A DNA stretch of 64,000 bases. Origin: Nitrospirota bacterium. Lineage in GTDB: Bacteria; Nitrospirota; UBA9217. This document shows positions 7,836 through 16,948 of the stretch, in pieces. A program made the position numbers and the translations under genes. The first letter of the stretch is position 1; every line of letters starts with the position of its first letter. The notes below the pieces were generated by a model, which searched no databases, was not told where the DNA came from, and saw nothing but the letters and a program-made list of their open reading frames with translations. The DNA is taken from positions 1,472,001 through 1,536,000 of the forward strand of contig OY760142.1 of NCBI GenBank assembly GCA_963663225.1, given 5' to 3'.

Positions 7836-9320
7836 ATGAATGAAACAATACCGCTGAACGGCAACGTAAAAGACATGATTGTCCCCTGGCTCTTCCTTGC
7901 ACTGAACGCTGCAAAGAGGAACGGTACCGTTGTGTTCGAAAATGACGACGTGGTCAAGAAAGTCTATTTTTCTGCTGGAGACATTATTTCCGCTTCATCC
8001 AGCCAGAGTGAAGACCGGCTTGGTGAATGGCTCGTCCGGACAGGAGTGATAACCAGGCAGCAGTGCGATTCCGTCTCCGAACTTTTCAAGCAGACAGGGG
8101 AAAAAGAGGGGAAAATACTCGTTGACCAGGGGATCATCACCCAGGCGGCGCTGATGGAAGGCGTCAAGTCCCACGTCAAGCAGATTATCGTTTCCATACT
8201 TAACTGGCGGGACGGCAGTTATGTTTTTGAGGAAAACGTCCTTCCGGCATCGGATATCATCCCCCTTCAGATCAGCACGGGCAACCTGATTATTGAAGGA
8301 CTGCGCGAAATAGATTGGAAAGTCATACGCAAGTCCCTCCCTCCGCTTCGGACAATCGTTCGGCCCACGGAAAATCCATCGCACCTTTTCCAGGGTGCGG
8401 ACCTTGAGCGGGATCATTGGGATGTTTTTTCCCTTCTTGACGGCACAAAGAGCATGGAGGAAATCTGCGGGATCTCCGGGATCGGGGACTTTAATACGCT
8501 GAAAGCGATCTATGTGCTGCTGGCGCTGCGGATGGCGGAAGCCGGGGAATTGAAAACGGAGGAAGAAAAGAAATTTGCCAAAGAGGTTGTGCAGGAAGCG
8601 GTTCCTCCGAAAGAAGAAAAACGTGCGCCTGCCCGCGTGATCACCAGAGAAGAATTAAAAACCGTCTATGCCACTCTGGAACAACAGAACTATTATGAAC
8701 TGCTGAACGTCAGCCGCGGCGCCACCGGCCCGGAAATCAAGAAAGCGTACTTCGGTCTTGCCAAACTGTACCATCCGGACAGGCATTTTCAGCCAGAGAT
8801 GAGCGACATGAAGGAAATACTCGAAGCGCTGTTCGGAGCCGTGCATGATGCCTATGAAACGCTTTCAAACCAGGTTAAGCGCGACCAGTACGATCTTGCC
8901 CTTGATAAACCGGCAGCAAAGTCCCGCGTGGAAGAAAAAGCAAAACCAGGCCCGGCGGACAGCAAGGACAATGCCGACGCCCAGTATCAGGAAGGAATAA
9001 ACCGGTTTAAAGCAGGCAATTTCTGGGGTGCGGAAGAAGCTTTTCGCTGGGCCATGCGGCTTGACCCGGACAATGCCGAATATGTCTTCCGGCGGGCACA
9101 GACGCTCTCCCGCATACCGCGAAGAGGGCATGAAGCGGAGGAAAATTTCGTTAAGGCGGTCAAAATGTCGCCGAAAAAGATCGAGTACTATCTGCAACTG
9201 GGCGGTTTCTATGAAAAAATAGGTTTAAAATCGAAAGCACTGGCTGTGTATAATGACGCACTAAAAATCGAACCAACCTCGGAAAAAATCAAGGAAGCTG
9301 TTACAAAAATCAGTGGATAA
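7836..9320 (+). CDS. DUF4388 + J-domain + TPR protein
   Basis: DUF4388-like N-terminus (GTVVF...KKVYFSAGDIISASS...RLGEWLV), J-domain NYYELLNV...IKKAY...YHPD, C-terminal TPRs. Confidence 0.85.
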   Translation: MNETIPLNGNVKDMIVPWLFLALNAAKRNGTVVFENDDVVKKVYFSAGDIISASSSQSEDRLGEWLVRTGVITRQQCDSVSELFKQTGEKEGKILVDQGIITQAALMEGVKSHVKQIIVSILNWRDGSYVFEENVLPASDIIPLQISTGNLIIEGLREIDWKVIRKSLPPLRTIVRPTENPSHLFQGADLERDHWDVFSLLDGTKSMEEICGISGIGDFNTLKAIYVLLALRMAEAGELKTEEEKKFAKEVVQEAVPPKEEKRAPARVITREELKTVYATLEQQNYYELLNVSRGATGPEIKKAYFGLAKLYHPDRHFQPEMSDMKEILEALFGAVHDAYETLSNQVKRDQYDLALDKPAAKSRVEEKAKPGPADSKDNADAQYQEGINRFKAGNFWGAEEAFRWAMRLDPDNAEYVFRRAQTLSRIPRRGHEAEENFVKAVKMSPKKIEYYLQLGGFYEKIGLKSKALAVYNDALKIEPTSEKIKEAVTKISG

Positions 9321-9456
9321 GGTATGTAAGACGTATACTATACACTGGAAGCGATGATTATTTAGTATACATTTTTTCTCAAATTGATATTCCTCCCTGC
9401 ATTTTTTTCAATTATTTCAAAATATTACGAAAAATAAATAATTAAGCAGTTTTTGC

Positions 9457-9494
9457 TTGACAAAAATTCAATATTAATATACTAGTATACTAGT
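9457..9494 (+). promoter_or_regulatory. Sigma-70 promoter overlapping a GntR/FadR-type palindromic operator
   Basis: TTGACA at 9457-9462; TATACT at 9478 (15-nt spacer) and 9486; perfect palindrome ACTAGTATACTAGT at 9481-9494. Confidence 0.7.
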
Positions 9495-9520
9495 TTACTA
9501 GAATGCAATACGGGAGCCCT

Positions 9521-10204
9521 ATGCTATTAAAACCGACAGAGACGATAGGCGAGCAAATTTATAAAGCCCTTCGCCGTGAGATCATTGAGATGAGAATAAA
9601 GCCGGGCGAAAAACTCTCTGAAGCTCAGATGGCAGAAAGATTCAAAGTCAGCCGGGCTCCGGTACGGGACGCTATCAGACGGTTGGAACAGGAGAAGCTT
9701 GTGCTGGTCAAACCGCAAATCGGCACGATTGTCTCTGAGATATTTCCTGACCAGGCCGCCGAGATATGTGAAGTGAGGCTCCTGCTGGAACCCCATGCCG
9801 CTTTCGTGGCAACCAGCCGGATTTCTGAGGATGATTTGGCGCTTTTAAAGACGGCTTTTGATCGGTTGTTGACACTGCCGGAAGGGAGTGAAGAGAGAAG
9901 GGCATTGGTTTTTCAAACCGACACTGATCTTCACGGAATGATCTGGCGGGCATGCAACAACCGTGAAATTGACAATATTCTGGAGCGCTATCGGGACCGA
10001 ATGCGCAGAATCCAGCTGACAACCATGGAGCTGGCAAACCGCCTGGCTCCCTCCGAGCAGGAGATGCGGAAGATTTTTGAAGGACTTGTGGCTCGTGATG
10101 CTGAATGCGCGCGGGGAGCCATGTACTGCCATATTTCCAATATTAAAAAAGCCTTCGAATCAGCGATGAAAAACAGGATATCAGCGGAGGGTGCTGAAAA
10201 ATGA
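9521..10204 (+). CDS. GntR family (FCD domain) transcriptional regulator
   Basis: IKPGEKLSEAQMAERFKVSRAPVRDAIRRLEQE wHTH plus FCD domain; GGGAG RBS before ATG 9521. Confidence 0.93.
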   Translation: MLLKPTETIGEQIYKALRREIIEMRIKPGEKLSEAQMAERFKVSRAPVRDAIRRLEQEKLVLVKPQIGTIVSEIFPDQAAEICEVRLLLEPHAAFVATSRISEDDLALLKTAFDRLLTLPEGSEERRALVFQTDTDLHGMIWRACNNREIDNILERYRDRMRRIQLTTMELANRLAPSEQEMRKIFEGLVARDAECARGAMYCHISNIKKAFESAMKNRISAEGAEK

Positions 10205-11610
10205 ACGCTGGCCTGCCTGCTGCCGATTTTTACCAGAACTACGAGGAACTCACCGCACATGGACAAATATCCATGCGCCGCGATGCCTTGCAAATTATCC
10301 GGGATGGAATCCGTGGAGCCGCGCCGGATCTCGGAACGGCTGCGATCATAACCTTGGAAGGAACTATGCTTCGGGTCGGCAGCCGTACTTTTTCCCTCAA
10401 AGAGTTCGAGCATATTTACGTTGTCGGGGCAGGCAAGGGGTCCTTTCCGATTGCTGAAACATTAGAAAAAATTCTCGGCGACCGGCTGAGCGGCGGCGTG
10501 GTGGTTGTCAAGGAAGGCGAGAAGAGACGTCTGAAGAAGATTGAGGTCCTTGAAGCAGGCCACCCGATTCCCAATGAAGCCAGCGTTACGGGAGCCCGGA
10601 AGGTTCTTGAAATGGCCCAACGGGCGGGAAAAAACGATTTGGTATTCGCCGCGGTAACAGGCGGCTCTTCAGCCCTGGTCACGCTCCCTCCTGAGGAGAT
10701 CACGCTGTCTGACATTCAAAAAGCAAATGACCTGCTTCTGAAGTGCGGCGGCACGATCAAGGATATCAACACCGTCAGAAAGCACTTGTGTCTTCTGAAG
10801 GGCGGGCGCCTGGTTGCCTCCATACAACCGGCCCAGGCCATCACGCTTACCCTGGATACCGCGCCGGAAGGTTTGCCCTGGCCTGATCTCTGCCTGGCGG
10901 ACCCTTCCACGTTTCAGGACGCCATCGATGTTTTGAAGCACTTTGACATATGGGATGCCGTCTCTCCCGCAATCCGCGGTTACCTCCAGAAGGGACTGGA
11001 CCACCCGGAACTGGAAACAATAAAGAGTTTGTCAGGCTTTAAGGCGGAACTCTTCAGTGTGGGAAGCCCTGTGTCCGCCTGCGAGGCGGCTTCGGAGAGT
11101 GCCAAAAAACTTGGATATCTGCCAATAATTCTCAGCACAAACCTGGAGGGAGAATCCATTGATATCGGCATCTGCCTGGCAGGAATAGCCAAAGAGGTGA
11201 TCCGCTATGACCGGCCTTTTCCCCGGCCCTGTGCCTTGATAACGGCTGGAGAAACGACCGTGACGATCCGCGATCAGCACGGCAGCGGTGGCCCCAACCA
11301 GGAAGTGGCTCTTGCGTTCGCGCAGAAGCTTGGCAAAAAACCGGACGTCTGCTGTGTCGCGATCGATACGGATGGAACAGACGGCCCGACGCAGATCGCC
11401 GGCGGTATCTCCGATGGAGAGACGCTGGAGCGCGCCCAAGCCATGGGACTGAGCATCGCCGAGCACCTGCGGCGGCACGACAGTGCCAATGCTCTTGGCC
11501 GGCTGGGTGATGCCATCGTTACCGGCCATACAGGAACAAACGTGATGAATCTGAGGGTCATCGTCATCGGACCAAAGCACAAAGTGGAGACAACCGCATG
11601 CAAGAAGTGA
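10201..11610 (+). CDS. Glycerate 2-kinase (DUF4147/MOFRL family), divergent
   Basis: VVGAGKG, EAGHPIP, GGSSAL, VRKHL...KGG, GETTV, GGPNQE, DTDGTDG, TGTNV. Confidence 0.88.
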   Translation: MNAGLPAADFYQNYEELTAHGQISMRRDALQIIRDGIRGAAPDLGTAAIITLEGTMLRVGSRTFSLKEFEHIYVVGAGKGSFPIAETLEKILGDRLSGGVVVVKEGEKRRLKKIEVLEAGHPIPNEASVTGARKVLEMAQRAGKNDLVFAAVTGGSSALVTLPPEEITLSDIQKANDLLLKCGGTIKDINTVRKHLCLLKGGRLVASIQPAQAITLTLDTAPEGLPWPDLCLADPSTFQDAIDVLKHFDIWDAVSPAIRGYLQKGLDHPELETIKSLSGFKAELFSVGSPVSACEAASESAKKLGYLPIILSTNLEGESIDIGICLAGIAKEVIRYDRPFPRPCALITAGETTVTIRDQHGSGGPNQEVALAFAQKLGKKPDVCCVAIDTDGTDGPTQIAGGISDGETLERAQAMGLSIAEHLRRHDSANALGRLGDAIVTGHTGTNVMNLRVIVIGPKHKVETTACKK

Positions 11611-12893
11611 TTCGAGCGATAGAGGCATATGAAATTCTTACCGGCCCCGGCAGGCCGACCGTCGAAGTAGAATTGACCACCTCCAATGGATTTCGGGTGA
11701 CCGCGTCGGTTCCGAGCGGGACCTCCACCGGTACCCATGAGGCAAAATCACTCTTTGACGGCGGAAGCCGGTTCAGAGGATATGGAGTGAAAAAAGCGGT
11801 GGACAATGTGAACCGTATTATCGCCCCGTCTCTCTGTGGCCGGGAGGTGATCCGCCAGAACCAAATCGACCGGCGGCTCATTGAGCTTGACGGCACGCCG
11901 AACAAGGAAAAGCTGGGCGGCAATGCCATCCTTCCGGTCTCGCTGGCCGTTGCTAAAGCAGCGGCAGCCTCTCTTAACATGCCCCTGTACCGCTATCTCG
12001 GCGGGATTGGTGCAAACCGACTTCCGGCACCGATTGCAACAGTCATTGCCGGAGGTGCCCACTCTCCTGCCCCGCTGGACTTCGAGGACTACATGGTCAA
12101 CCTCGATGGTTTCAATGATTTTTCCTCCGCTGCGGAGGCTCTTGCATCGATCCATTATATGTTAGGCGACCTGCTGAACAAACGGTACGGTGACGTTCCC
12201 AATTCCGGAGGAGCGTACGCCCCGCCTTTGAACGGAACCGAGCAGGCGTTTGAGATAATTCTTGAGGCAGTTGAGAAAGCGGGTTGCTCCGGCATGGTCT
12301 CCCTCGGGCTTGACATCGTTGGCACCGACCTCTTTCTTCGTGAGAAAGGCAGCTACTTGATATGCGGGCGGGAGATGTGTGTTGACGAGTATATCAGTTA
12401 CCTGGCGGAACTGGCCAAACGATACCCGCTGCAGTTGATCGAAGACGCCTTTCATGAGGACGATTACGAAAGCCAGGCGAAATTGGCGGCGCTTTTGCCG
12501 AATACATCCATCGTCGGTGACGACCTTTTCGCAACGAATGCGGCCAGACTCTCCCGGGGGATAGCTGTCCGGGCGGGCAACACCCTTCTTTTGAAAGTGA
12601 ATCAAGCAGGGACAGTGACCGAAGCTCTTGAGGCTGGCATGCTGGCAAGAAACAATGGGTTCGGAGTGATTGTCTCCCTGCGGTCCAATGATACGAATGA
12701 TGATTTTATCGCCGATCTGGCTGTGGCAGTAGGGGCCGGGAAAATAAAACTGGGCGGGCCTGTTCGGGGTGAACGAAACGCCAAATACAACAGACTGTTG
12801 AGAATTGAACAGCAACTGGGGCTGGATGCCCGGTTTGCAGGGGCCGTTAAAAGCTCGAGACGGATTCCTGAATCCGGCAGCAACAGAGGATGA
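11598..12893 (+). CDS. Enolase paralogue with altered active site
   Basis: PTVEVE, PSGTSTG.HEA, LDGTPNK..LGGNAIL, IED, VGDDL, LLKVNQ and ERNAKYN are present; GDEGG is replaced by PNSGG and SHRS by SLRS. Confidence 0.88.
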   Translation: MQEVIRAIEAYEILTGPGRPTVEVELTTSNGFRVTASVPSGTSTGTHEAKSLFDGGSRFRGYGVKKAVDNVNRIIAPSLCGREVIRQNQIDRRLIELDGTPNKEKLGGNAILPVSLAVAKAAAASLNMPLYRYLGGIGANRLPAPIATVIAGGAHSPAPLDFEDYMVNLDGFNDFSSAAEALASIHYMLGDLLNKRYGDVPNSGGAYAPPLNGTEQAFEIILEAVEKAGCSGMVSLGLDIVGTDLFLREKGSYLICGREMCVDEYISYLAELAKRYPLQLIEDAFHEDDYESQAKLAALLPNTSIVGDDLFATNAARLSRGIAVRAGNTLLLKVNQAGTVTEALEAGMLARNNGFGVIVSLRSNDTNDDFIADLAVAVGAGKIKLGGPVRGERNAKYNRLLRIEQQLGLDARFAGAVKSSRRIPESGSNRG

Positions 12894-12965
12894 CGAACAT
12901 CACAACGTAAAATTGTGTCCGTTCCGGGAGACGCTCGACGGAGAGGCGGTATTGCAGGACAGAAT

Positions 12966-13454
12966 ATGAAAAATAAAAGTCAAAAAGATTTTGTCAGCGG
13001 GTTAATGTTTACAATCATCGGCATTGCCTTTGCCTGGGGTGCCAAATCCTATGAGATGGGGGAAACCTCTCGCATGGGGCCGGGCTATTTCCCCCTGCTG
13101 CTGGGGATCATACTGGTAATTCTGGGCATTGCCATTACCATTCAGTCAATGGTGATAAAAACGATTGACGGTGAAAAGATCGGATCATGGGCCTGGCGGC
13201 CGCTGCTTTTTATCATTGGCGCCAATGTGGCCTTCGGCATACTGCTTACAGGACTCTCTTCCATAAAACTGCCGTCCATGGGGATGATTCTGGGCATTTA
13301 TGCTCTGACGATCATAGCAAGCTTGGCCAGCCGGCAGTTCAAGATTGGCGAGGTGCTTATTCTGGGCACGGTCCTGGCTGTGGGAAGCTATCTGGTATTT
13401 GTGCTTCTGCTTAAATTGCAGCTTCCGGTATGGCCTGTCTTTATCGCAGGCTAA
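12966..13454 (+). CDS. tctB: Tripartite tricarboxylate transporter TctB
   Basis: SQKDFVSGLMF...MGPGYFP, about 4 TM helices, directly upstream of tctA. Confidence 0.88.
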   Translation: MKNKSQKDFVSGLMFTIIGIAFAWGAKSYEMGETSRMGPGYFPLLLGIILVILGIAITIQSMVIKTIDGEKIGSWAWRPLLFIIGANVAFGILLTGLSSIKLPSMGMILGIYALTIIASLASRQFKIGEVLILGTVLAVGSYLVFVLLLKLQLPVWPVFIAG

Positions 13455-13464
13455 GGAGATAATA

Positions 13465-14976
13465 ATGGATTTTCTTGCAAACTTATCCCTGGGGTTCAGT
13501 GTAGCGCTGACTCCAATAAATCTTATCTATGCCTTCCTCGGTTGTTTTTTGGGCACGCTGATAGGCGTTCTGCCGGGATTAGGTCCGGTGGCAACAATCG
13601 CCATGCTGATGCCAGCCACCTACGCGCTGCCTCCGGTCTCGGCTCTCATCATGCTTGCGGGTATTTATTACGGAGCTCAATACGGAGGTTCCACGACCGC
13701 CATTCTCGTAAATCTGCCGGGCGAGGCCTCTTCGGTGGTGACTGCCATGGACGGCTACCAAATGGCCCGTCAAGGAATGGCCGGCCCCGCGCTCTCCACC
13801 GCGGCTCTCGGTTCGTTTTTTGCCGGATCCGTGGGAGTATTGATTCTGGCCGCATTCGCTGTTCCCCTTACAAAGATAGCGTTCAAGTTCGGCCCCGCCG
13901 AATACTTTTCGCTCATGGTTCTGGGGTTGATCGCTGCAGTTGTCCTAGCCTCCGGATCTCTGCTGAAGGCACTCGCCATGATTGTCCTTGGCCTTCTTTT
14001 GGGCCTTGTGGGCACCGACATCAATTCCGGCATCCCGAGATTTTCATTCGACATTCCGGAACTCACGGACGGCATCGGTTTCGTCACGATCGCAATGGGC
14101 ATATTTGGCTACGGAGAGATCATCAGCAACCTGAGCCATACTGATACGAACCGTGAAATCTTTACCGGCAAGATGCAGGGGTTGTGGCCCAATCGCAAGC
14201 AGGTCGGCGATATGACACCCGCCATTTTTAGAGGAACTGCATTGGGATCAGCAATCGGAATACTTCCCGGAGGAAGCGCGACCCTGGCCTCCTTTTCTGC
14301 CTATGCCCTGGAAAAGAAAATCAAGATGAAAAAAGGGGAGTTCGCTTTCGGGAAGGGAAACATACGGGGAGTGGCAAGCCCTGAGGCTGCCAACAACGCG
14401 GCAGCGCAAACCTCCTTCGTTCCGCTCCTGACCCTGGGAATCCCTCCCAATGCGGTGATGGCTCTTATGCTCGGGGCCATGATCATCCACAATATCCAGC
14501 CGGGTCCGCTGGTCATGACGAACAATCCGCAGCTCTTCTGGGGCCTGGTCGTATCCATGTGGATCGGGAATGTGATGCTCGTGGTGCTGAATCTCCCGCT
14601 GATCTGGATCTGGATCAAACTCCTGACGGTTCCGTACCGATATCTTTTCCCGGCAATCGTCCTGTTCTGCGCCATCGGGGTGTACTCCATCAACAACACA
14701 ACGTTTGACATCTGGATGCTCGGGATTTTCGGTTTTGTAGGATACCTGTTCATCAAGCTGGGCTGCGAACCAGCGCCGTTGCTTCTGGGCTTTATACTCG
14801 GCCCAATGATGGAGGAATACCTTCGTCGCGCCCTGCTTATTTCTTCAGGAGACTGGAGCACGTTCGTTACGCGCCCTATATCGGCCACCCTCCTGGCGAT
14901 GTCGGTTTTGCTGCTGCTCATCATGCTTTTGCCGACTGTCAAAAAGAAACGCGAAGAAGCCTTTGTGGAGGAATAA
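13465..14976 (+). CDS. tctA: Tripartite tricarboxylate transporter permease TctA
   Basis: GTLIGVLPGLG, YYGAQYGGS, PEAANNA, LTLGIP; AAGGAG RBS before ATG 13465. Confidence 0.95.
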   Translation: MDFLANLSLGFSVALTPINLIYAFLGCFLGTLIGVLPGLGPVATIAMLMPATYALPPVSALIMLAGIYYGAQYGGSTTAILVNLPGEASSVVTAMDGYQMARQGMAGPALSTAALGSFFAGSVGVLILAAFAVPLTKIAFKFGPAEYFSLMVLGLIAAVVLASGSLLKALAMIVLGLLLGLVGTDINSGIPRFSFDIPELTDGIGFVTIAMGIFGYGEIISNLSHTDTNREIFTGKMQGLWPNRKQVGDMTPAIFRGTALGSAIGILPGGSATLASFSAYALEKKIKMKKGEFAFGKGNIRGVASPEAANNAAAQTSFVPLLTLGIPPNAVMALMLGAMIIHNIQPGPLVMTNNPQLFWGLVVSMWIGNVMLVVLNLPLIWIWIKLLTVPYRYLFPAIVLFCAIGVYSINNTTFDIWMLGIFGFVGYLFIKLGCEPAPLLLGFILGPMMEEYLRRALLISSGDWSTFVTRPISATLLAMSVLLLLIMLLPTVKKKREEAFVEE

Positions 14977-15037
14977 GTTTTTTCGAGGGACGCTCGGAAT
15001 GAGCCGCCCTCTAATTTGAAATGAGAAAGGAGAAAAA

Positions 15038-16033
15038 ATGTATCAGTGTAAGAGTGTTTTATTGAAAAAATTATGCATGGCCGTTCTGGTCGCCCTTTGC
15101 CTGATCGTACCGTTAAGCCCGGTCCAGGCTGCAGATCCGTCCTTCCCGAGCAAGGAAATACATATCATTGTTCCCTGGAGCCCCGGGGGAGCGGTGGACA
15201 TGACGGCCAGGATTATACAAAAAATTGCCGCTGAGGATGGCGTCAAAATCATTGTGGAAAATGTCCCGGGCGCCACGGGCAGCATCGGCCTGGCCAAAGT
15301 GGCTTCATCTCCTGCTGACGGCTATACGGTCGGACTTGCGACCACGTCGCTTCTGGCTCTGATCGCTCAGGACATGACGAAGGTCCGCAACGAGCAGTTC
15401 AGCTATCTGAACCAGACCTCCATCGAGCAGTTGCTCATGCTGGTTCCCAAAGGAGGACCGGCGCAGACCCTGGAACAATTTATCGCTTACATGAAAAAGA
15501 ATCCGGGAAAGGTGTCCATCGGCACCCCCGGCAACAACAACCTGAATCATATTTTTGCCGCCATGGCGGCAAAATCGGCCGGAGTTGATTTTGTCAATAT
15601 TCCGTATCCGGGCGCTTCCAAGGCGATCAGCGACCTTTCCGGTAAGCAGATTGACGGTGCGGTGCTGAAGACCTCGGAAAGCCGCGCGCAGATTGAAGCG
15701 GGACTGGTCGTGGCTGTCGGCGTCTTCAGCAAAACCCGCAATCCTGCGCTGCCCAATGTTCCAACCTTCAAGGAAAAAGGCTTCGATGTCTTTCCCTATG
15801 GCACATTGGAGCAGATATGTTATTTGGTGGGACCGGTGAACCTTCCTGCCGACGTGGCTGCAAAACTCATAGCGATATTCAAGAAGGTCCTGAAAAATCC
15901 CGAATACGCGAAGTTTGCCAAGGATAACGGTTTTAGCAATTCCGACATATCCGGCAATGCGCTTCGTCAGAAGGTCTACAATATGCAAAAGTCCTTCGAC
16001 AAGGCGGCGCCCAAGCTTTTCAAGAAGCAATAA
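15038..16033 (+). CDS. tctC: Tripartite tricarboxylate transporter substrate-binding protein (TctC/Bug)
   Basis: Signal peptide, FPSKEIHIIVPWSPGGAVD, VENVPGATG, PADGYT, PNVPTFKE. Confidence 0.92.
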   Translation: MYQCKSVLLKKLCMAVLVALCLIVPLSPVQAADPSFPSKEIHIIVPWSPGGAVDMTARIIQKIAAEDGVKIIVENVPGATGSIGLAKVASSPADGYTVGLATTSLLALIAQDMTKVRNEQFSYLNQTSIEQLLMLVPKGGPAQTLEQFIAYMKKNPGKVSIGTPGNNNLNHIFAAMAAKSAGVDFVNIPYPGASKAISDLSGKQIDGAVLKTSESRAQIEAGLVVAVGVFSKTRNPALPNVPTFKEKGFDVFPYGTLEQICYLVGPVNLPADVAAKLIAIFKKVLKNPEYAKFAKDNGFSNSDISGNALRQKVYNMQKSFDKAAPKLFKKQ

Positions 16034-16051
16034 AGACTTGTTTCCTGTTCT

Positions 16052-16094
16052 TCCGCTGCGGAATGCACCCGGGTTCCGCAGCGGAGTCGTTTTC
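16052..16094 (+). terminator. Hairpin terminator ending the Tct operon
   Basis: 12-bp perfect stem TCCGCTGCGGAA(16052-63)/TTCCGCAGCGGA(16074-85), then a T-rich tail. Confidence 0.6.
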
Positions 16095-16237
16095 CTCTCT
16101 TTCCCCGCACGATACTGTTTCTTCCATTTGTCTGTGCAAGCGGTATGTTTTTATCTCCGTTTGCTCTCCTTTCGACTTTATGTTACCATGCGGCCGTTTA
16201 CCTGCAATCTCATGGCTGACAGCACAGAGAGGAGCGT

Positions 16238-16942
16238 ATGAGCGCAGAGATAATTCGAAAGAAGCTGCAAAAGCTTTCCAACAAGAAAAAAGCAAAAATT
16301 CTTCAGGGCTTTTTTAAAACCGGGCCCGGAGAATACGGCGAGGGCGATATTTTTCTCGGCATAACCGTGCCGGTTCTCAGAAAAGTGTCAAAGGAATATG
16401 CAGGCGTGCCGCTGAGCGAAACTGTTCAGCTTCTGAAATCTTCCATCCATGAAGAGCGCCTCCTATCTTTGTTCATGCTCGTACATGCTTTTGTAAAAGG
16501 CGAGGCCGCTGTTCGGAAAAAAATTTTTAGCTTGTATCTCAGGAACTCGAAATATATCAACAACTGGGACCTTGTCGACCTGACCGCCCCGAACATCGTG
16601 GGGGCTTATCTCCTGGACAAAAGCAGGAAACCACTGTACGCACTGGCGCAATCGGACAATATATGGAAACGGCGGATCGCCATGTTGGCAACGTTTCAGT
16701 TTATCAAACAACAGGACTTCAACGATGCGCTCAGGATAGCAAGAATACTCCTGAGGGACGAGCACGACCTCATTCATAAGGCAGTGGGCTGGATGCTGCG
16801 GGAAGTCGGCAAACGGTCGCAGCCGGTCGAAGAGCAGTTTTTGAAGCAGCATTACAAGAACATGCCGCGTACCATGCTGCGGTATGCAATCGAGCGATTT
16901 CCCGAAGCGAGAAGGAAGAAATACCTGAAAGGGGAGATCTAA
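16238..16942 (+). CDS. DNA alkylation repair protein (AlkD-like)
   Basis: FFKTGPGEYGEGDIFLGI, INNWDLVD, HDLIHKAVGWMLRE, MPRTMLRYAIE. Confidence 0.9.
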   Translation: MSAEIIRKKLQKLSNKKKAKILQGFFKTGPGEYGEGDIFLGITVPVLRKVSKEYAGVPLSETVQLLKSSIHEERLLSLFMLVHAFVKGEAAVRKKIFSLYLRNSKYINNWDLVDLTAPNIVGAYLLDKSRKPLYALAQSDNIWKRRIAMLATFQFIKQQDFNDALRIARILLRDEHDLIHKAVGWMLREVGKRSQPVEEQFLKQHYKNMPRTMLRYAIERFPEARRKKYLKGEI

Positions 16943-16948
16943 CAGGGC

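Noticed and set aside
11598-12893. Calling this gene the housekeeping eno
   Set aside because: Key catalytic motifs are altered and it lies in a regulated transporter operon, so no gene symbol was given.
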